Shown: positions 10,197-19,946 of the stretch, piece after piece
How the letters are laid out: every line of letters begins with the position of its first letter
Position numbering within the stretch: position 1 is the first letter of the stretch
Assembly: GCA_031459625.1 (NCBI GenBank)
Contig: JAVKIH010000003.1
Location: 88,669 to 152,668, forward strand
DNA: 64,000 nucleotides
Direction: 5' to 3'
Source: Candidatus Geohabitans tengchongensis
GTDB taxonomy: Bacteria > Sysuimicrobiota > Sysuimicrobiia > Sysuimicrobiales > Humicultoraceae
The notes under the pieces: model-generated
Seen by the model: the letters and a program-made list of their open reading frames with translations, nothing else
What the model was told of the DNA's origin: nothing
Database searches by the model: none
Made by a program: the position numbers and the translations under genes

Positions 10197-10430
10197 TCAG
10201 GGCTGGCGGGTGACCCCCTCCTCCACCACCTCGACCTCGGCCGCCCGCACCAGGCGCTCGGCTTTGCCGGCCTTGGCCCCGTCGACGATCACCGCCACCA
10301 GCGCGTAGCGGTCCCCCCGGTACCCGGGGATGACGCGCCGGACCTCGCCCTCCTGGGCCGTATCGTCCAGGACCCGCACCCGGACCCCGGGCCGGATCAC
10401 CCGGCCCCTGCGGTCGTGCACCTGCTCCAT
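10197..10430 (-). CDS. small hypothetical protein, SH3/KOW-like beta barrel
   Basis: GAGGAGG SD; IRPGVRVRVLD..GEVRRV pattern; good codon bias. Confidence 0.65.
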   Translation of the reverse strand: MEQVHDRRGRVIRPGVRVRVLDDTAQEGEVRRVIPGYRGDRYALVAVIVDGAKAGKAERLVRAAEVEVVEEGVTRQP

Positions 10431-10477
10431 CGCCCGCCTCCTCGTCACGGTCCTCGATCCGCCGGGGGGCCCGACCC

Positions 10478-11683
10478 CTACCGCGGCAGCCGCTCGATCA
10501 CCAGCGCGATCCCCTGCCCCACGCCGATGCACATCGTGGCCAGGCCGTAGCGCCCCTCCCGCCGCTCCAGCTCGTACAGGAGGGTCGTGAGGATGCGCGC
10601 GCCGCTGCAGCCGATGGGGTGCCCGAGCGCAATCGCCCCACCGTTGGGGTTGAGCCGGTCCAGCGGCAGCCCCAGCTCGCGCACGCAGGCCAGCACCTGG
10701 GCCGCGAAGGCCTCGTTGAGCTCGATGACGTCCAGGTCCTCCACCCGCAGCCCAGCGCGCTGCAGCGCCTTGCGCGTGGCCGGCACCGGGCCGAGGCCCA
10801 TCGTGGCCGGATCCACGCCAGCCACCGCACTGGCGACGACGCGGGCGCGGGGGACGTGCCCGTGGGACTCGGCGTAGGTCCGCGAGGTCACCAACAGGGC
10901 CGCCGCGCCGTCGTTGATCCCGGAGCTGTTGCCGGCCGTCACGGTGCCGCCCGGCTTGAAGGCCGGGGGGAGCTTTGCCAGCGCCTCCAGGGTCGTTGCC
11001 GGCCTGGGGTGCTCGTCGGTGTCCACCACCACAGGCTCGCCCCGCGGCCGGGGGATCACCACGGGGACGATCTCGTCCCGAAAGCGCCCGCTGGCGATGG
11101 CCGCCGCCGCGCGGCGCTGGCTCTCCAGGGCGAAGGCGTCCTGCTCCTCTCGGGTGATGCCCCAGCGTTCGGCCACGATCTCGGCGGTCTCGCCCATGCT
11201 GTAGGGCGGGTACACCTCGGCGAGGCGCGGGTTGACGAAGCGCCAGCCCAGCGTGGTGTCGTAGAGCTCGACGTTGCCGCGGGGAAACCCCTGCGCGGGC
11301 TTGGGCATCACCCAGGGCGCCCGCGTCATCGACTCGACGCCCCCGGCGATGAAGACGTCCCCCTCTCCGGCGGTCACGGCATGCGCCGCCGTGACCACCG
11401 CCTGCAGCCCCGAGCCGCAGAGCCGGTTGACCGTCTGGCCGGCCACCTCCACCGGCAGCCCGGCCAGCAGGACGGCCATGCGGGCGACGTTGCGGTTGTC
11501 CTCCCCCGCCTGGTTGCTGCAGCCGAAGATGATGTCCTCGATGTCCGCGGGCGGCAGGTGGTTGCGGCGCACCAGCTCGCGGATGACCAGCGCGGCCAGG
11601 TCGTCGGGGCGGACGTCCTTGAGGACGCCCCCGTGCCGACCCACCGGCGTGCGCACCGCGTCGACGATCACGGCGTCAGGCAT
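10478..11683 (-). CDS. acetyl-CoA C-acyltransferase (PaaJ/PcaF-type thiolase)
   Basis: [43 protein letters not shown]. Confidence 0.93.
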   Translation of the reverse strand: MPDAVIVDAVRTPVGRHGGVLKDVRPDDLAALVIRELVRRNHLPPADIEDIIFGCSNQAGEDNRNVARMAVLLAGLPVEVAGQTVNRLCGSGLQAVVTAAHAVTAGEGDVFIAGGVESMTRAPWVMPKPAQGFPRGNVELYDTTLGWRFVNPRLAEVYPPYSMGETAEIVAERWGITREEQDAFALESQRRAAAAIASGRFRDEIVPVVIPRPRGEPVVVDTDEHPRPATTLEALAKLPPAFKPGGTVTAGNSSGINDGAAALLVTSRTYAESHGHVPRARVVASAVAGVDPATMGLGPVPATRKALQRAGLRVEDLDVIELNEAFAAQVLACVRELGLPLDRLNPNGGAIALGHPIGCSGARILTTLLYELERREGRYGLATMCIGVGQGIALVIERLPR

Positions 11684-11703
11684 CGACGTCCCCTCCGGCC
11701 TCA

Positions 11704-13362
11704 TCATAGCCGCGGGCCCGCATCGGGGGCAGGTCGGCGCCCCGCCCCCTCAAGGACGCCGCGGCCGGCCGCCACCACGCGCCGCAGCAGCGGGGCCGCC
11801 CGGTAGCGGTCTTCCCCCAGGTCGGCGTGCAGCCCATCCAGGACGGCCAGCACGAGGGGCGGCCCCACGCTGTCCGCCAGGGCGAGCGGCCCCGCAGGGA
11901 AGTTCATCCCCAACCGCATGGCCGTGTCGATGGCCTCCGCGGTGGCCACGCCCTCGCCCAGGGCGAAGAGCGCCTCGTTCACCAGCATGGCCGCGATGCG
12001 CGGGAAGACCCCGGCGACCCCGTCGCGCACCAGGGCGGTCTCCTTGCCCAGGCGGGCCAGCAGAGCCAGGGCCGCCTCCACCGCGGCGGGGGCGCTCTGC
12101 AGCGCCGGGAGCACCTCCACGAGCGGGCGCGCCTCCCACGGCGGGAGCGTGGCGAAGCCCACAACCCGGTGCGGCGCCGCCGAGCGCGCGGCCATGGCGG
12201 TGGCCGAAGTCGCCAGGGCCAGGGTGAGCCGCAGCGGGTCGCCGGCCCGGTCCGCCGCCGCCATCACCGCCGCCTTGGCCGCTGGCGCCACCTCCACGTC
12301 CACCACCGCGTCCAGGGGGCCCTCCGCCGGCACCCCGCGCGCCACCACCAGGCCGGCGCCTTCGGCGGCCCGGACGATCGCCTCGGCGAGCGCGCCCTCC
12401 CCGGCCACCGCGATACGGCGCATCGCCGCGGCCTGCCGCTCCACCGCCGCCGGCAGCGCCGGGACCCCCGCCTCGCCACCTCCGCCGCTCTCCGCCCCCT
12501 CGCCGTACGTGTAGAAGCCCCGCCCCGTCTTGCGTCCTAGCAGCCCCGCGTCCACCATGCGCTGCTGGATGGGGTGGGGCCGGAAGCGCGGCTCGTGGAA
12601 GGTCGCCTCGTACAGCGAGCGCGTCACCGCCAGGTTCACGTCCAGGCCGATGAGGTCGAGCAGCTCGAAGGGGCCCATGCGGAAACCCCCGGCGCGGCGC
12701 ATGATCCGGTCGATCACCGCCACCGGCGCGGTCTGCTCCGCCAGCAGGCGCACGGCCTCCACGTAGAAGGGGCGGGCGATGCGGTTGACGATGAAGCCGG
12801 GCGTATCCTGGACCTCCACCGGCGTCTTGCCCAGCGCCGCGACGGCCTGCCGCGCCCGCGCCACGACCGCCGGGTCGGTGGTACGGCCCGGCACCACCTC
12901 GACCAGCGCCATGACCGGCGCGGGGTTGAAGAAGTGCAGTCCCAGGACGCGCTGGGGGTGGGTGGTGGCGCCGGCGAGGGCGGTGATGGAGAGCGAGGAG
13001 GTGTTGGAGGCCAGGATCGCCGGAGGCGGCACGACGGCATCGAGGCGGGTGAAGAGCTCGCGCTTCAGGGCCAGGTCCTCGGGGACCGCCTCGACGACCA
13101 GGTCGCACGCCGCCAGGTCGGCCAGGTCGACGGTGACGGTGAGGCGCTGGAGCGCCGCCTCCGCGTCGGCCCGCGTGAGCCGCCCCCGCTCGACGTCCCG
13201 GTCCAGGGCGGCCTGGAGGCGGTCGCGGGCGCGTTGCAGGATCGGTGCTGCCACGTCGCAGAGCACCGTGGGGATCCCGCGGCGCACCCCGACCTCGGCG
13301 ATCCCCGCTCCCATGGTGCCGGCGCCGACGACGCCCAGGCGCCGCACCACCGTCCCGTCCAT
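11704..13362 (-). CDS. 3-hydroxyacyl-CoA dehydrogenase (PaaH-like, two-domain)
   Basis: [30 protein letters not shown], duplicated C-terminal domain. Confidence 0.9.
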   Translation of the reverse strand: MDGTVVRRLGVVGAGTMGAGIAEVGVRRGIPTVLCDVAAPILQRARDRLQAALDRDVERGRLTRADAEAALQRLTVTVDLADLAACDLVVEAVPEDLALKRELFTRLDAVVPPPAILASNTSSLSITALAGATTHPQRVLGLHFFNPAPVMALVEVVPGRTTDPAVVARARQAVAALGKTPVEVQDTPGFIVNRIARPFYVEAVRLLAEQTAPVAVIDRIMRRAGGFRMGPFELLDLIGLDVNLAVTRSLYEATFHEPRFRPHPIQQRMVDAGLLGRKTGRGFYTYGEGAESGGGGEAGVPALPAAVERQAAAMRRIAVAGEGALAEAIVRAAEGAGLVVARGVPAEGPLDAVVDVEVAPAAKAAVMAAADRAGDPLRLTLALATSATAMAARSAAPHRVVGFATLPPWEARPLVEVLPALQSAPAAVEAALALLARLGKETALVRDGVAGVFPRIAAMLVNEALFALGEGVATAEAIDTAMRLGMNFPAGPLALADSVGPPLVLAVLDGLHADLGEDRYRAAPLLRRVVAAGRGVLEGAGRRPAPDAGPRL

Positions 13363-13394
13363 GGCGGCCGAAGCTCCCCGGCGTGGCCGCCCGG

Positions 13395-14186
13395 TCAGGC
13401 GCCAGTGTAGCGGGGCGGCCGCTTCTCCAGGAAGGCCGCCACGCCCTCGCGGTGATCGGCGGTGCGCCCGGCGACCTCCTGGAGGTAGGCTTCGTACTCG
13501 AGCGCCTGCTCCAGCGGCGCGGTCTGCGCAAAGCGCAGGCCGCGCTTGGCCAGGGCGTAGGCCCGGGTGGGACCCCTCGCCAGCCGGCGCGCCCACGCCA
13601 GGGTTTCCGGCAGCAACGCCTCGTGGGGCACCACCCGGTTCACTAGCCCCAGCCGCAGCGCCTCCTGGGCGTCCAGCGGCTCCGCCAGGTAGGCCAGCTC
13701 GAAGGCCTTGCCCAGCCCGACGAGCCGCGGCAGGAACCAGGTGCCGCCGGAGTCGGGGATGAGGCCGACGCGGGCGAAGACCTCGATGAACGCGGCGCGC
13801 TCGCTGGCCACGCGCAGGTCGCACGCCAGGGCCAGGTTGCACCCGGCCCCCGCCGCGACCCCGTTCACGGCGGCGATGGTGGGCTTCTCCATGGTGGCCA
13901 GGCGCACCACGATCGGGTTGTAGCGCCGGCGCAGCGAGTCGCCGTAGGAGACCTCCCCCACCCCCCGCCGGTCCCGCAGGTCCTGTCCCGAGCAGAAGCC
14001 GCGACCGGCGCCGGTGAGCACCACGCAGCGCACCGCCGCGTCCCGCTCGGCCCGCCGCAGCACCTCGTGCAGCTCCTCGCTCATGCGGTCGTTCACGGCG
14101 TTCAGCACGTCGGGGCGGTTCAGCGTGCAGAGGAGGATCCCCTCCTCCACCGTCACCTGCACCGTCTCGTATGCGGGCTCGGCCAT
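13395..14186 (-). CDS. enoyl-CoA hydratase/isomerase (PaaG-like)
   Basis: GRGFCSGQDL, GVAAGAGCNLALACD, GLIPDSGGTW. Confidence 0.88.
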   Translation of the reverse strand: MAEPAYETVQVTVEEGILLCTLNRPDVLNAVNDRMSEELHEVLRRAERDAAVRCVVLTGAGRGFCSGQDLRDRRGVGEVSYGDSLRRRYNPIVVRLATMEKPTIAAVNGVAAGAGCNLALACDLRVASERAAFIEVFARVGLIPDSGGTWFLPRLVGLGKAFELAYLAEPLDAQEALRLGLVNRVVPHEALLPETLAWARRLARGPTRAYALAKRGLRFAQTAPLEQALEYEAYLQEVAGRTADHREGVAAFLEKRPPRYTGA

Positions 14187-14250
14187 ACCGCTCACCTCCA
14201 CGGACCCGACGGGCTCAGCCCGACGCGCCGCCGCTCCGGCGGCGATCCGG

Positions 14251-15030
14251 CTACCGCCCCTGGAACTGCGGCGGGCGCTTCTGCAGGAAGGCCGCCACCC
14301 CCTCGCGGTGGTCCTCGGTGGCGAAGAGCAGGTAGAAGCACTTGCGCTCGTAGTCCAGCCCGCCCTCCAGGTGGGTGTCGAAGGCCTTGAGCACCGCCGC
14401 CTTGGCCAGGCGCACCGCCACCGGGGCTTTGCCGGCGATCTCCCGGGCCAGGCGCAGCGCCTCGTCCAGCACCAGCTCGTCCGGGACCACCCGCGTCACC
14501 AGGCCCGCCGCCTCCGCCTCCCGGGCGGTGAGGTGGCGCCCGGTGAGGACGAGCTCCATCGCCCGCGCCTTCCCGACGGCGCGGGTGAGCCGCTGCGTCC
14601 CCCCGGCGCCCGGCATCAGCCCCAGGTTGATCTCCGGCTGGCCGAAGCGGGCGCCCTCCCCGGCGATGATCATGTCGCACAGCATCGCCAGCTCGTTGCC
14701 GCCCCCCAGCGCAAACCCCTGCACCGCGGCGATGAGGGGCTTGCTGACCTGGCGGATGCGCTCCCACTGCTGGAAGCGGTAGCCCTGCAGCATCGTCACC
14801 GGGGTGGCGCCCTCGAACTCGCGGATGTCGGCCCCGGCGGCGAACGCCCGCGGGCCGCCGGTGAGGACGATGCAGCGTACGGCCTCGTCCCGGTCGAGGG
14901 CCTCCAGGGCGGCGACAAGCTCGTCCATCACCGCCTGGCTGAGGGCGTTGAGGACGTCGGGCCGGTTGAGCCGCACGACGGCCACGGCGTCCTCGCGCGT
15001 GACGATGAGGTGCTGGAACTCCATCGGCAC
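14251..15030 (-). CDS. enoyl-CoA hydratase (PaaF-like)
   Basis: AFAAGADI, GGGNELA, GQPEINLG; both catalytic Glu present. Confidence 0.9.
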   Translation of the reverse strand: MPMEFQHLIVTREDAVAVVRLNRPDVLNALSQAVMDELVAALEALDRDEAVRCIVLTGGPRAFAAGADIREFEGATPVTMLQGYRFQQWERIRQVSKPLIAAVQGFALGGGNELAMLCDMIIAGEGARFGQPEINLGLMPGAGGTQRLTRAVGKARAMELVLTGRHLTAREAEAAGLVTRVVPDELVLDEALRLAREIAGKAPVAVRLAKAAVLKAFDTHLEGGLDYERKCFYLLFATEDHREGVAAFLQKRPPQFQGR

Positions 15031-15075
15031 CCTCCTCCCGTGTACGGGTGATGTGCGCCCCGAAGGGCCCGGGGA

Positions 15076-16182
15076 TCAGGCAGGCGGGCTGGCCGGGCCC
15101 GGAGGTGCGCCGCCCGCCCACCCCGCCCCGGGCGGGCCTCCGGGCGATCCCGCTCCGGGCAGGCCTCCCGCCGATCCCGCCCCGGGCGGGCCCCCCGCGG
15201 ACCCCGCGCCCGTGCCGGACCCCTCACCGGGCGGCGGCAGGGGGTGCCCGCACCGGCCGCAGTAGGCGAACCCCTGCGGGAGGCGCGCAGCGCCGCAGTG
15301 GGGGCAGGTGCGGGTGGCCGGGCCCCAGGGGTACTCCGTGGACGCCCCCGCGGCCAGACGCCGGCGGATGGCGGCGTAGTCGGGCGGCCGCTTGGCGCGG
15401 AAGGCCTCCAGGCCCTCCTGCGTCTCCGGTGCGCCCGCGTGCAGCGTCAGCCAGTCGCGGGCGTGCCCCACCGTGAGGTGCCAGGAGAGGTCGCGCCAGA
15501 AGTTGAGCTGCTGCTTCGTGTAGCGGGTGACCTCCGGGAGCTTGGCCAGCAGCTTGGCGATGAGCGCGTCGACGGCGGCGTCCAGCTCCGCCCGCGGGAC
15601 GACCTGGTTCACCCACCCCCAGGCCAGCGCCTGCTGCGCCGTGTACGGCTCGCACAGGAAGAGCACCTCCCGGGCGCGCCGGTCCCCCACCAGCAGCGGC
15701 ATCCACTGGGTCGCCCCCGCCGCCGGGACGCTGCCGCGCGCCGGCCCCACGTGCTGCAGGAGGATGTCGTCGGCGGCCACGGCCAGGTCGCAGGCCAGGT
15801 TGAACTCGTTGCCGCCGCCGACGACCATGCCGTTGAGGCGGGCGATGGTGGGCTTGCCCAGGTTGCGCAGCCGCTCGTTGGCCTCGATGAAGGCGCCCAT
15901 CCACTTCCAGTAATCGCGCGGCCGCTCCAGGAAGCGCTCCTGCTCCCGCAGGTCCGCGCCCGTGCAGAAGGCGCGGTCTCCTGCCCCGGTGAGGACGAGC
16001 ACCCCCACGGCGTCGTCCCAGGAGGCGTCCTGGAAGGCCGTGGCCATCTCGGTGAGCGTCTGGAAGTCCAGCGCGTTGAGGACCTCGGGGCGATTGATGG
16101 TGACGCGGGCCCACCCCGGCCCCTTGGTGTAGAGGATCTTCTCGAAGCCGAAGCGCTCGGGCGACTGGGGGCGGGGGTACAC
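15076..16182 (-). CDS. crotonase-family hydrolase (Oah/BamA-like) with C-terminal zinc ribbon
   Basis: FCTGADL, GMVVGGGNE, GPARGSVPAAGATQW, LCEPYTA; C-terminal CPHC...CGRC. Confidence 0.8.
   Translation of the reverse strand: MYPRPQSPERFGFEKILYTKGPGWARVTINRPEVLNALDFQTLTEMATAFQDASWDDAVGVLVLTGAGDRAFCTGADLREQERFLERPRDYWKWMGAFIEANERLRNLGKPTIARLNGMVVGGGNEFNLACDLAVAADDILLQHVGPARGSVPAAGATQWMPLLVGDRRAREVLFLCEPYTAQQALAWGWVNQVVPRAELDAAVDALIAKLLAKLPEVTRYTKQQLNFWRDLSWHLTVGHARDWLTLHAGAPETQEGLEAFRAKRPPDYAAIRRRLAAGASTEYPWGPATRTCPHCGAARLPQGFAYCGRCGHPLPPPGEGSGTGAGSAGGPPGAGSAGGLPGAGSPGGPPGAGWAGGAPPGPASPPA
15103..15210 (-). repeat. 4 x 27-bp coding tandem repeat (GAGSAGGPP-like)
   Basis: Translates as [36 protein letters not shown]. 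Confidence 0.8.
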
Positions 16183-16191
16183 GCGCCGGCG

Positions 16192-16746
16192 CTACTGGCG
16201 GACGATGATGATCTCGTACCCGACCGCACGCAACCGCTCGGCCAGCCGCTCGGCGTTGGCGCGGTCGGTGAAGGCGCCCACCTGCACCTTGTAGAGGTTC
16301 TCCGCGCGGAGGATGTAGGCGTCGAAGCCAGCGGCGCGCAGTTGCGCCGCGCGCTCCTCGGCGTTCTCCCGCCGCAGGAAGGCACCCGCCTGGACGCGGT
16401 AGAGCCCCGTCCCCGGAGCGGGCGGGCGCTCCGGCGCGGCCGCCGTCACGGTGGGGCGGGGGGTCGAGCGGCGCGCGGGGGGCGGCGCGGTGTGGGGCGG
16501 GGCGGGCGGCGTCACCGGCCGAGGCTCCCTCGCCGGCGCCGGCGAGGGACTCGGCGGCAAGGCGGGGCGGGGCACCACCGGCTCCGGCGTGGACGCCACG
16601 GCCGGGGGCGGCAGCGGCGTGACCGCGGGAGCTGGCGTCCGGGCCTCCGGCCGCAGGAAGACCTCGCCCGCCACATACCCGAGGGCCAGCGAGAGGAAGA
16701 AGAGACCGACGAGCGCGATGGTCACGACGACGGTATTGGGTCGCAC
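16192..16746 (-). CDS. SPOR-domain membrane-anchored protein
   Basis: N-terminal TM helix, Pro-rich linker, two YRVQAGAF/YKVQVGAF SPOR repeats. Confidence 0.9.
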   Translation of the reverse strand: MRPNTVVVTIALVGLFFLSLALGYVAGEVFLRPEARTPAPAVTPLPPPAVASTPEPVVPRPALPPSPSPAPAREPRPVTPPAPPHTAPPPARRSTPRPTVTAAAPERPPAPGTGLYRVQAGAFLRRENAEERAAQLRAAGFDAYILRAENLYKVQVGAFTDRANAERLAERLRAVGYEIIIVRQ

Positions 16747-16808
16747 GGGCGTCCCCCCTCACAGGTCGCGCCACGGTGGTGTTCGGGAGGATGCGGCGGT
16801 TTCCTGCG

Positions 16809-16880
16809 GCCGCGCACATGCTGGCCGCGTACACCGGTGCAGCCGCGTACACCGCTGCGGCCACGCACACCGGCGCGGCC
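16809..16880. repeat. intergenic ~18-bp tandem repeat
   Basis: GCCGCGTACACCGGTGCA / GCCGCGTACACCGCTGCG / GCCACGCACACCGGCGCG plus a shorter first copy. Confidence 0.7.
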
Positions 16881-16887
16881 GCCCGGC

Positions 16888-19590
16888 TCACCCCTGCAGC
16901 GCCGCCAGGTGACCTTCCAGGACGCGCGACCGCTCGCGCAGCGCCTCCCGCCGCGCGGTCTCCGCCTCCACCACCGGTTGCGGCGCACGCGCCTGGAAGT
17001 CCGCACTGCGCAGGCGGCCCTCCACCCGCTGCAGCTCCGCGCTGACTCGGGCGAGCTCCTGCGCCAGGCGCGCGCGGATGCGGTCGCGGTCGGCCGGCGC
17101 CACCGGGAGCAACACCTCCACGCCGTCGGCCAGCAGCCCCGCCGTCCCCGCCGGCCGCGCCGCCGCCAGGTCCTCCACGGTGAGCGGGTCGGAGCGGGCG
17201 AGGGCGGCGATGTAGGGACGCAGGGCCCCCAGCGTCGGGTGCAGCTCCGCCGGGGCGCGCAGCACGGCGGGGACCCGCGTCCCCGGCGGGACGCCGAGGT
17301 CGGCGCGCAGCGAGCGGATGGCGCGCACCACCGCCACCAGGCGGTCGCCCGTGGCCTCCACCTCCGGGTCCACCCAGCTCTCCGGCACCTCGGGCCACGG
17401 CGCCACCATGATGCTCTCGCCGCGGTGGGGGAGGCGCTGCCACACCTCCTCGGTGATGAAGGGCATGATCGGGTGGAGCAGCCGCAGGCTCCCTTCCAGC
17501 ACCGTCCACAGCGTCCAGCGGACCGCCCGGCGCCGCTCCTCGCGGGCCGGCCCGCCGTCGGGCGCGTAGAGGTCCACCTTGGCCAGCTCCACGTACCAGT
17601 CGGCGTAGGTGGACCAGAGGAAGTCGTAGCAGGCCCGGGCCGCCTTGTCGAACTCGAACCCCTCCAGGTCGTCGGTGACCTCCTGGACGGTGCGGGCGTA
17701 GCGGCTCAGCACCCAGAGGTCGAGCGGGGAGAGGCCCACCGGGGGCGCCGTGCCCTCGGACGGCCCGAAGCCGGCGAGGTGCAGCTGCACGAAGCGGGCG
17801 ATGTTCCAGATCTTCGTGGTGAAGGTGCGCACGTCGTCGAGCATCTTGGCGCTGAAGCGCAGGTCCTGCTGCTGCTGGGAGCAGCGCACCACCAGGGCGA
17901 AGCGGAGGACGTCGGCGCCGTAGCCCTGCTGCTCGACGTAGTCGATAGGGTCGAGACCCGTCCCCAGCGACTTGCTCATCCGCTGCCCCTGCAGGTTGAG
18001 CACCGTGGGGTTGATGTAGACGTCGGTGAAGGGCACCTCCCCGAGGAACTCCAGGCCCATCATGATCATACGGGCCACCCAGAGGTGAATGATGTCCCGC
18101 CCCGTCACCAGCACGTCGCCGGGGTAGAAGTAGCGCAGCTCGGGCGTGGTCTGCGGCCACCCCAGGGTGGCGAAGGGCCACAGCGCGCTGCTGAACCAGG
18201 TGTCGAGGATCTGCTCCTCCTGCTCCAGGTCCGCACCGCCGCAGGCCGGACAGCGCGCCGGCCGCTCCCGCTGGGCCACCATCTCGCGGCACGCCCGGCA
18301 GTGCCACACCGGGATGCGGTGCCCCCACCACAGCCGCCGGGAGATGTTCCAGTCGCGGATGTGCTCCATCCAGTCCAGGTAGACCCGCGCCCATCGCTCC
18401 GGGTGGAAGCGCACCTTCCCCTCGCGCACCACCCGGATCGCCGGGGCGGCCAGCGCCTCCATGCGCACGAACCACTGGTCGGTGATGTAGGGCTCCAGCA
18501 CCGTCTTGCACCGGTCGCACACGCCCACCGTGGTCGTGTAGGGCTCCTCCCGCTCCAGCAGGCCCTGGCGGCGCAGCGCCTCCACCACCGCGGTGCGGGC
18601 GGCGAAGCGGTCCATCCCCGCAAACGCGCTCGCCGCCTCGCCCGCCATCCGCCCTGCCTCGTCCAGGACCACCAGGGTGGGCAGCCCGTGGTCGGCGCCG
18701 ATCTCGTAGTCGAGGGGATCGTGGCCGGGCGTGATCTTCACCGCTCCCGTGCCGAAGTCCGGCTCCACCCGCCGGTCGGCGATCACCGGCACGCGCCGCT
18801 CGGCCAGCGGCACGATGACCTCCCGGCCTACCAGCGCGGCGTAGCGGGAGTCCTCCGGGTGCACGGCCACCGCCACATCCGCCAGGATCGTCTCGGGGCG
18901 CTGGGTGGCGATGACCACCCCCGGGCCGCCGTCGGCGCCCCGGTAGCGCACGTGGTAGAGCGTCCCCTGCACCTCGCGGTGCTCCACCTCCAGGTCGGAG
19001 ACGCTGGTGAGGTCGTGGGGGCACCAGTTGACCATGCGCTTGCCGTAGTAGATGTAGCCCTTCCGGTAGAGGCGCAGGAACGCCTCCAGGACCGCGTCGC
19101 TGTAGGCCGGGTCCATGGTGAAGGTGGCCCGCGCCCAGTCGCAGGAGAAGCCCAGCCGACGCAGCTGGCTGTAGATGATCTGCTGGTACTTCTCCTTCCA
19201 GCTCCAGGCGAACGCCAGGAAGGCCTCGCGCCCGAGGTCGAAGCGCGTCTTCCCCTCCTTGGCCAGCTCCCGCTCCATCACCACGTGGGTGCCGATGCTG
19301 GCGTGGTCCGTGCCCGGCATCCACAGGACGTTGTAGCCCTGCATGCGCCGCCAGCGGATGAGGACGTCCTGCAAGGTGTTGTTCAGGGCGTGGCCCATGT
19401 GCAGGTCGCCGGTGATGTTGGGCAGCGGCATCATGATGACGTAGGGCTGGCGGGCGGGATCCACCGGGGCGTGGAAGTAGCCGCGGGACATCCAGACCGC
19501 GTACCAGCGCGGCTCCACCGCGGCCGGGTCGTACACCTTGGGCATGGCCTCGGCCGTCCCCGCCTCCGGCGTCCTCGGGTCCTCTCCCAT
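16888..19590 (-). CDS. valS: valine--tRNA ligase
   Basis: PNITGDLHMGH, PGTDHA, DWNISR.LWWGHRIP, LDTWFSS, RMSKS, C-terminal coiled coil. Confidence 0.97.
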   Translation of the reverse strand: MGEDPRTPEAGTAEAMPKVYDPAAVEPRWYAVWMSRGYFHAPVDPARQPYVIMMPLPNITGDLHMGHALNNTLQDVLIRWRRMQGYNVLWMPGTDHASIGTHVVMERELAKEGKTRFDLGREAFLAFAWSWKEKYQQIIYSQLRRLGFSCDWARATFTMDPAYSDAVLEAFLRLYRKGYIYYGKRMVNWCPHDLTSVSDLEVEHREVQGTLYHVRYRGADGGPGVVIATQRPETILADVAVAVHPEDSRYAALVGREVIVPLAERRVPVIADRRVEPDFGTGAVKITPGHDPLDYEIGADHGLPTLVVLDEAGRMAGEAASAFAGMDRFAARTAVVEALRRQGLLEREEPYTTTVGVCDRCKTVLEPYITDQWFVRMEALAAPAIRVVREGKVRFHPERWARVYLDWMEHIRDWNISRRLWWGHRIPVWHCRACREMVAQRERPARCPACGGADLEQEEQILDTWFSSALWPFATLGWPQTTPELRYFYPGDVLVTGRDIIHLWVARMIMMGLEFLGEVPFTDVYINPTVLNLQGQRMSKSLGTGLDPIDYVEQQGYGADVLRFALVVRCSQQQQDLRFSAKMLDDVRTFTTKIWNIARFVQLHLAGFGPSEGTAPPVGLSPLDLWVLSRYARTVQEVTDDLEGFEFDKAARACYDFLWSTYADWYVELAKVDLYAPDGGPAREERRRAVRWTLWTVLEGSLRLLHPIMPFITEEVWQRLPHRGESIMVAPWPEVPESWVDPEVEATGDRLVAVVRAIRSLRADLGVPPGTRVPAVLRAPAELHPTLGALRPYIAALARSDPLTVEDLAAARPAGTAGLLADGVEVLLPVAPADRDRIRARLAQELARVSAELQRVEGRLRSADFQARAPQPVVEAETARREALRERSRVLEGHLAALQG

Positions 19591-19644
19591 CGTCCACCTC
19601 GCTGTGCGTCGGTCCCGTCCCACCCCGTCGTCGGCGCCGACCAA

Positions 19645-19885
19645 CGACAAACGCCGCCCGCCCCAAGGGCGAAGCGGCGCTCCGCGGTACCACCCTGGTC
19701 ACCGACCCGGGCGCCCGGGCCGGCAGCTCGACGCGCGATCACGGGCGCACCCGGCGGCGGCGCCCGCGAGGCGCGCCTCCGCAGGTCCTCGAGGCGACGT
19801 TCAGGCCGTCCGTCGCCGGGAAACCTTGCACCCGGTGGGTCTCCCTCGCTCCGGCCGGTGGCGGCCCTACTCCTCCTCGAGTTAC
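19645..19885 (-). ncRNA. T-box riboswitch (Val specifier)
   Basis: Minus strand AGGGTGGTACCGCG T-box; stem I with AGTA, GAGGGAGA, GGTGCAA; GAAC-GTC specifier; hairpin GCCGCTTCGCCC/GGGCGGGCGGC followed by GTTTGT. Confidence 0.88.
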
Positions 19886-19890
19886 CGCCC

Positions 19891-19919
19891 AGTATAGGGA
19901 GGTCCCCGGCCCGCCGCAA
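19891..19919 (-). promoter_or_regulatory. promoter of T-box-valS
   Basis: Minus strand TTGCGG, 17 bp spacer, TATACT. Confidence 0.7.
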
Positions 19920-19946
19920 CGGGTCACGCCGCTCCAGCGTTCGGCG

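Noticed and set aside
16809..16880. Possible CRISPR array
   Set aside because: Contiguous degenerate repeats with no spacers and no cas genes; no CRISPR array was seen anywhere in the window.
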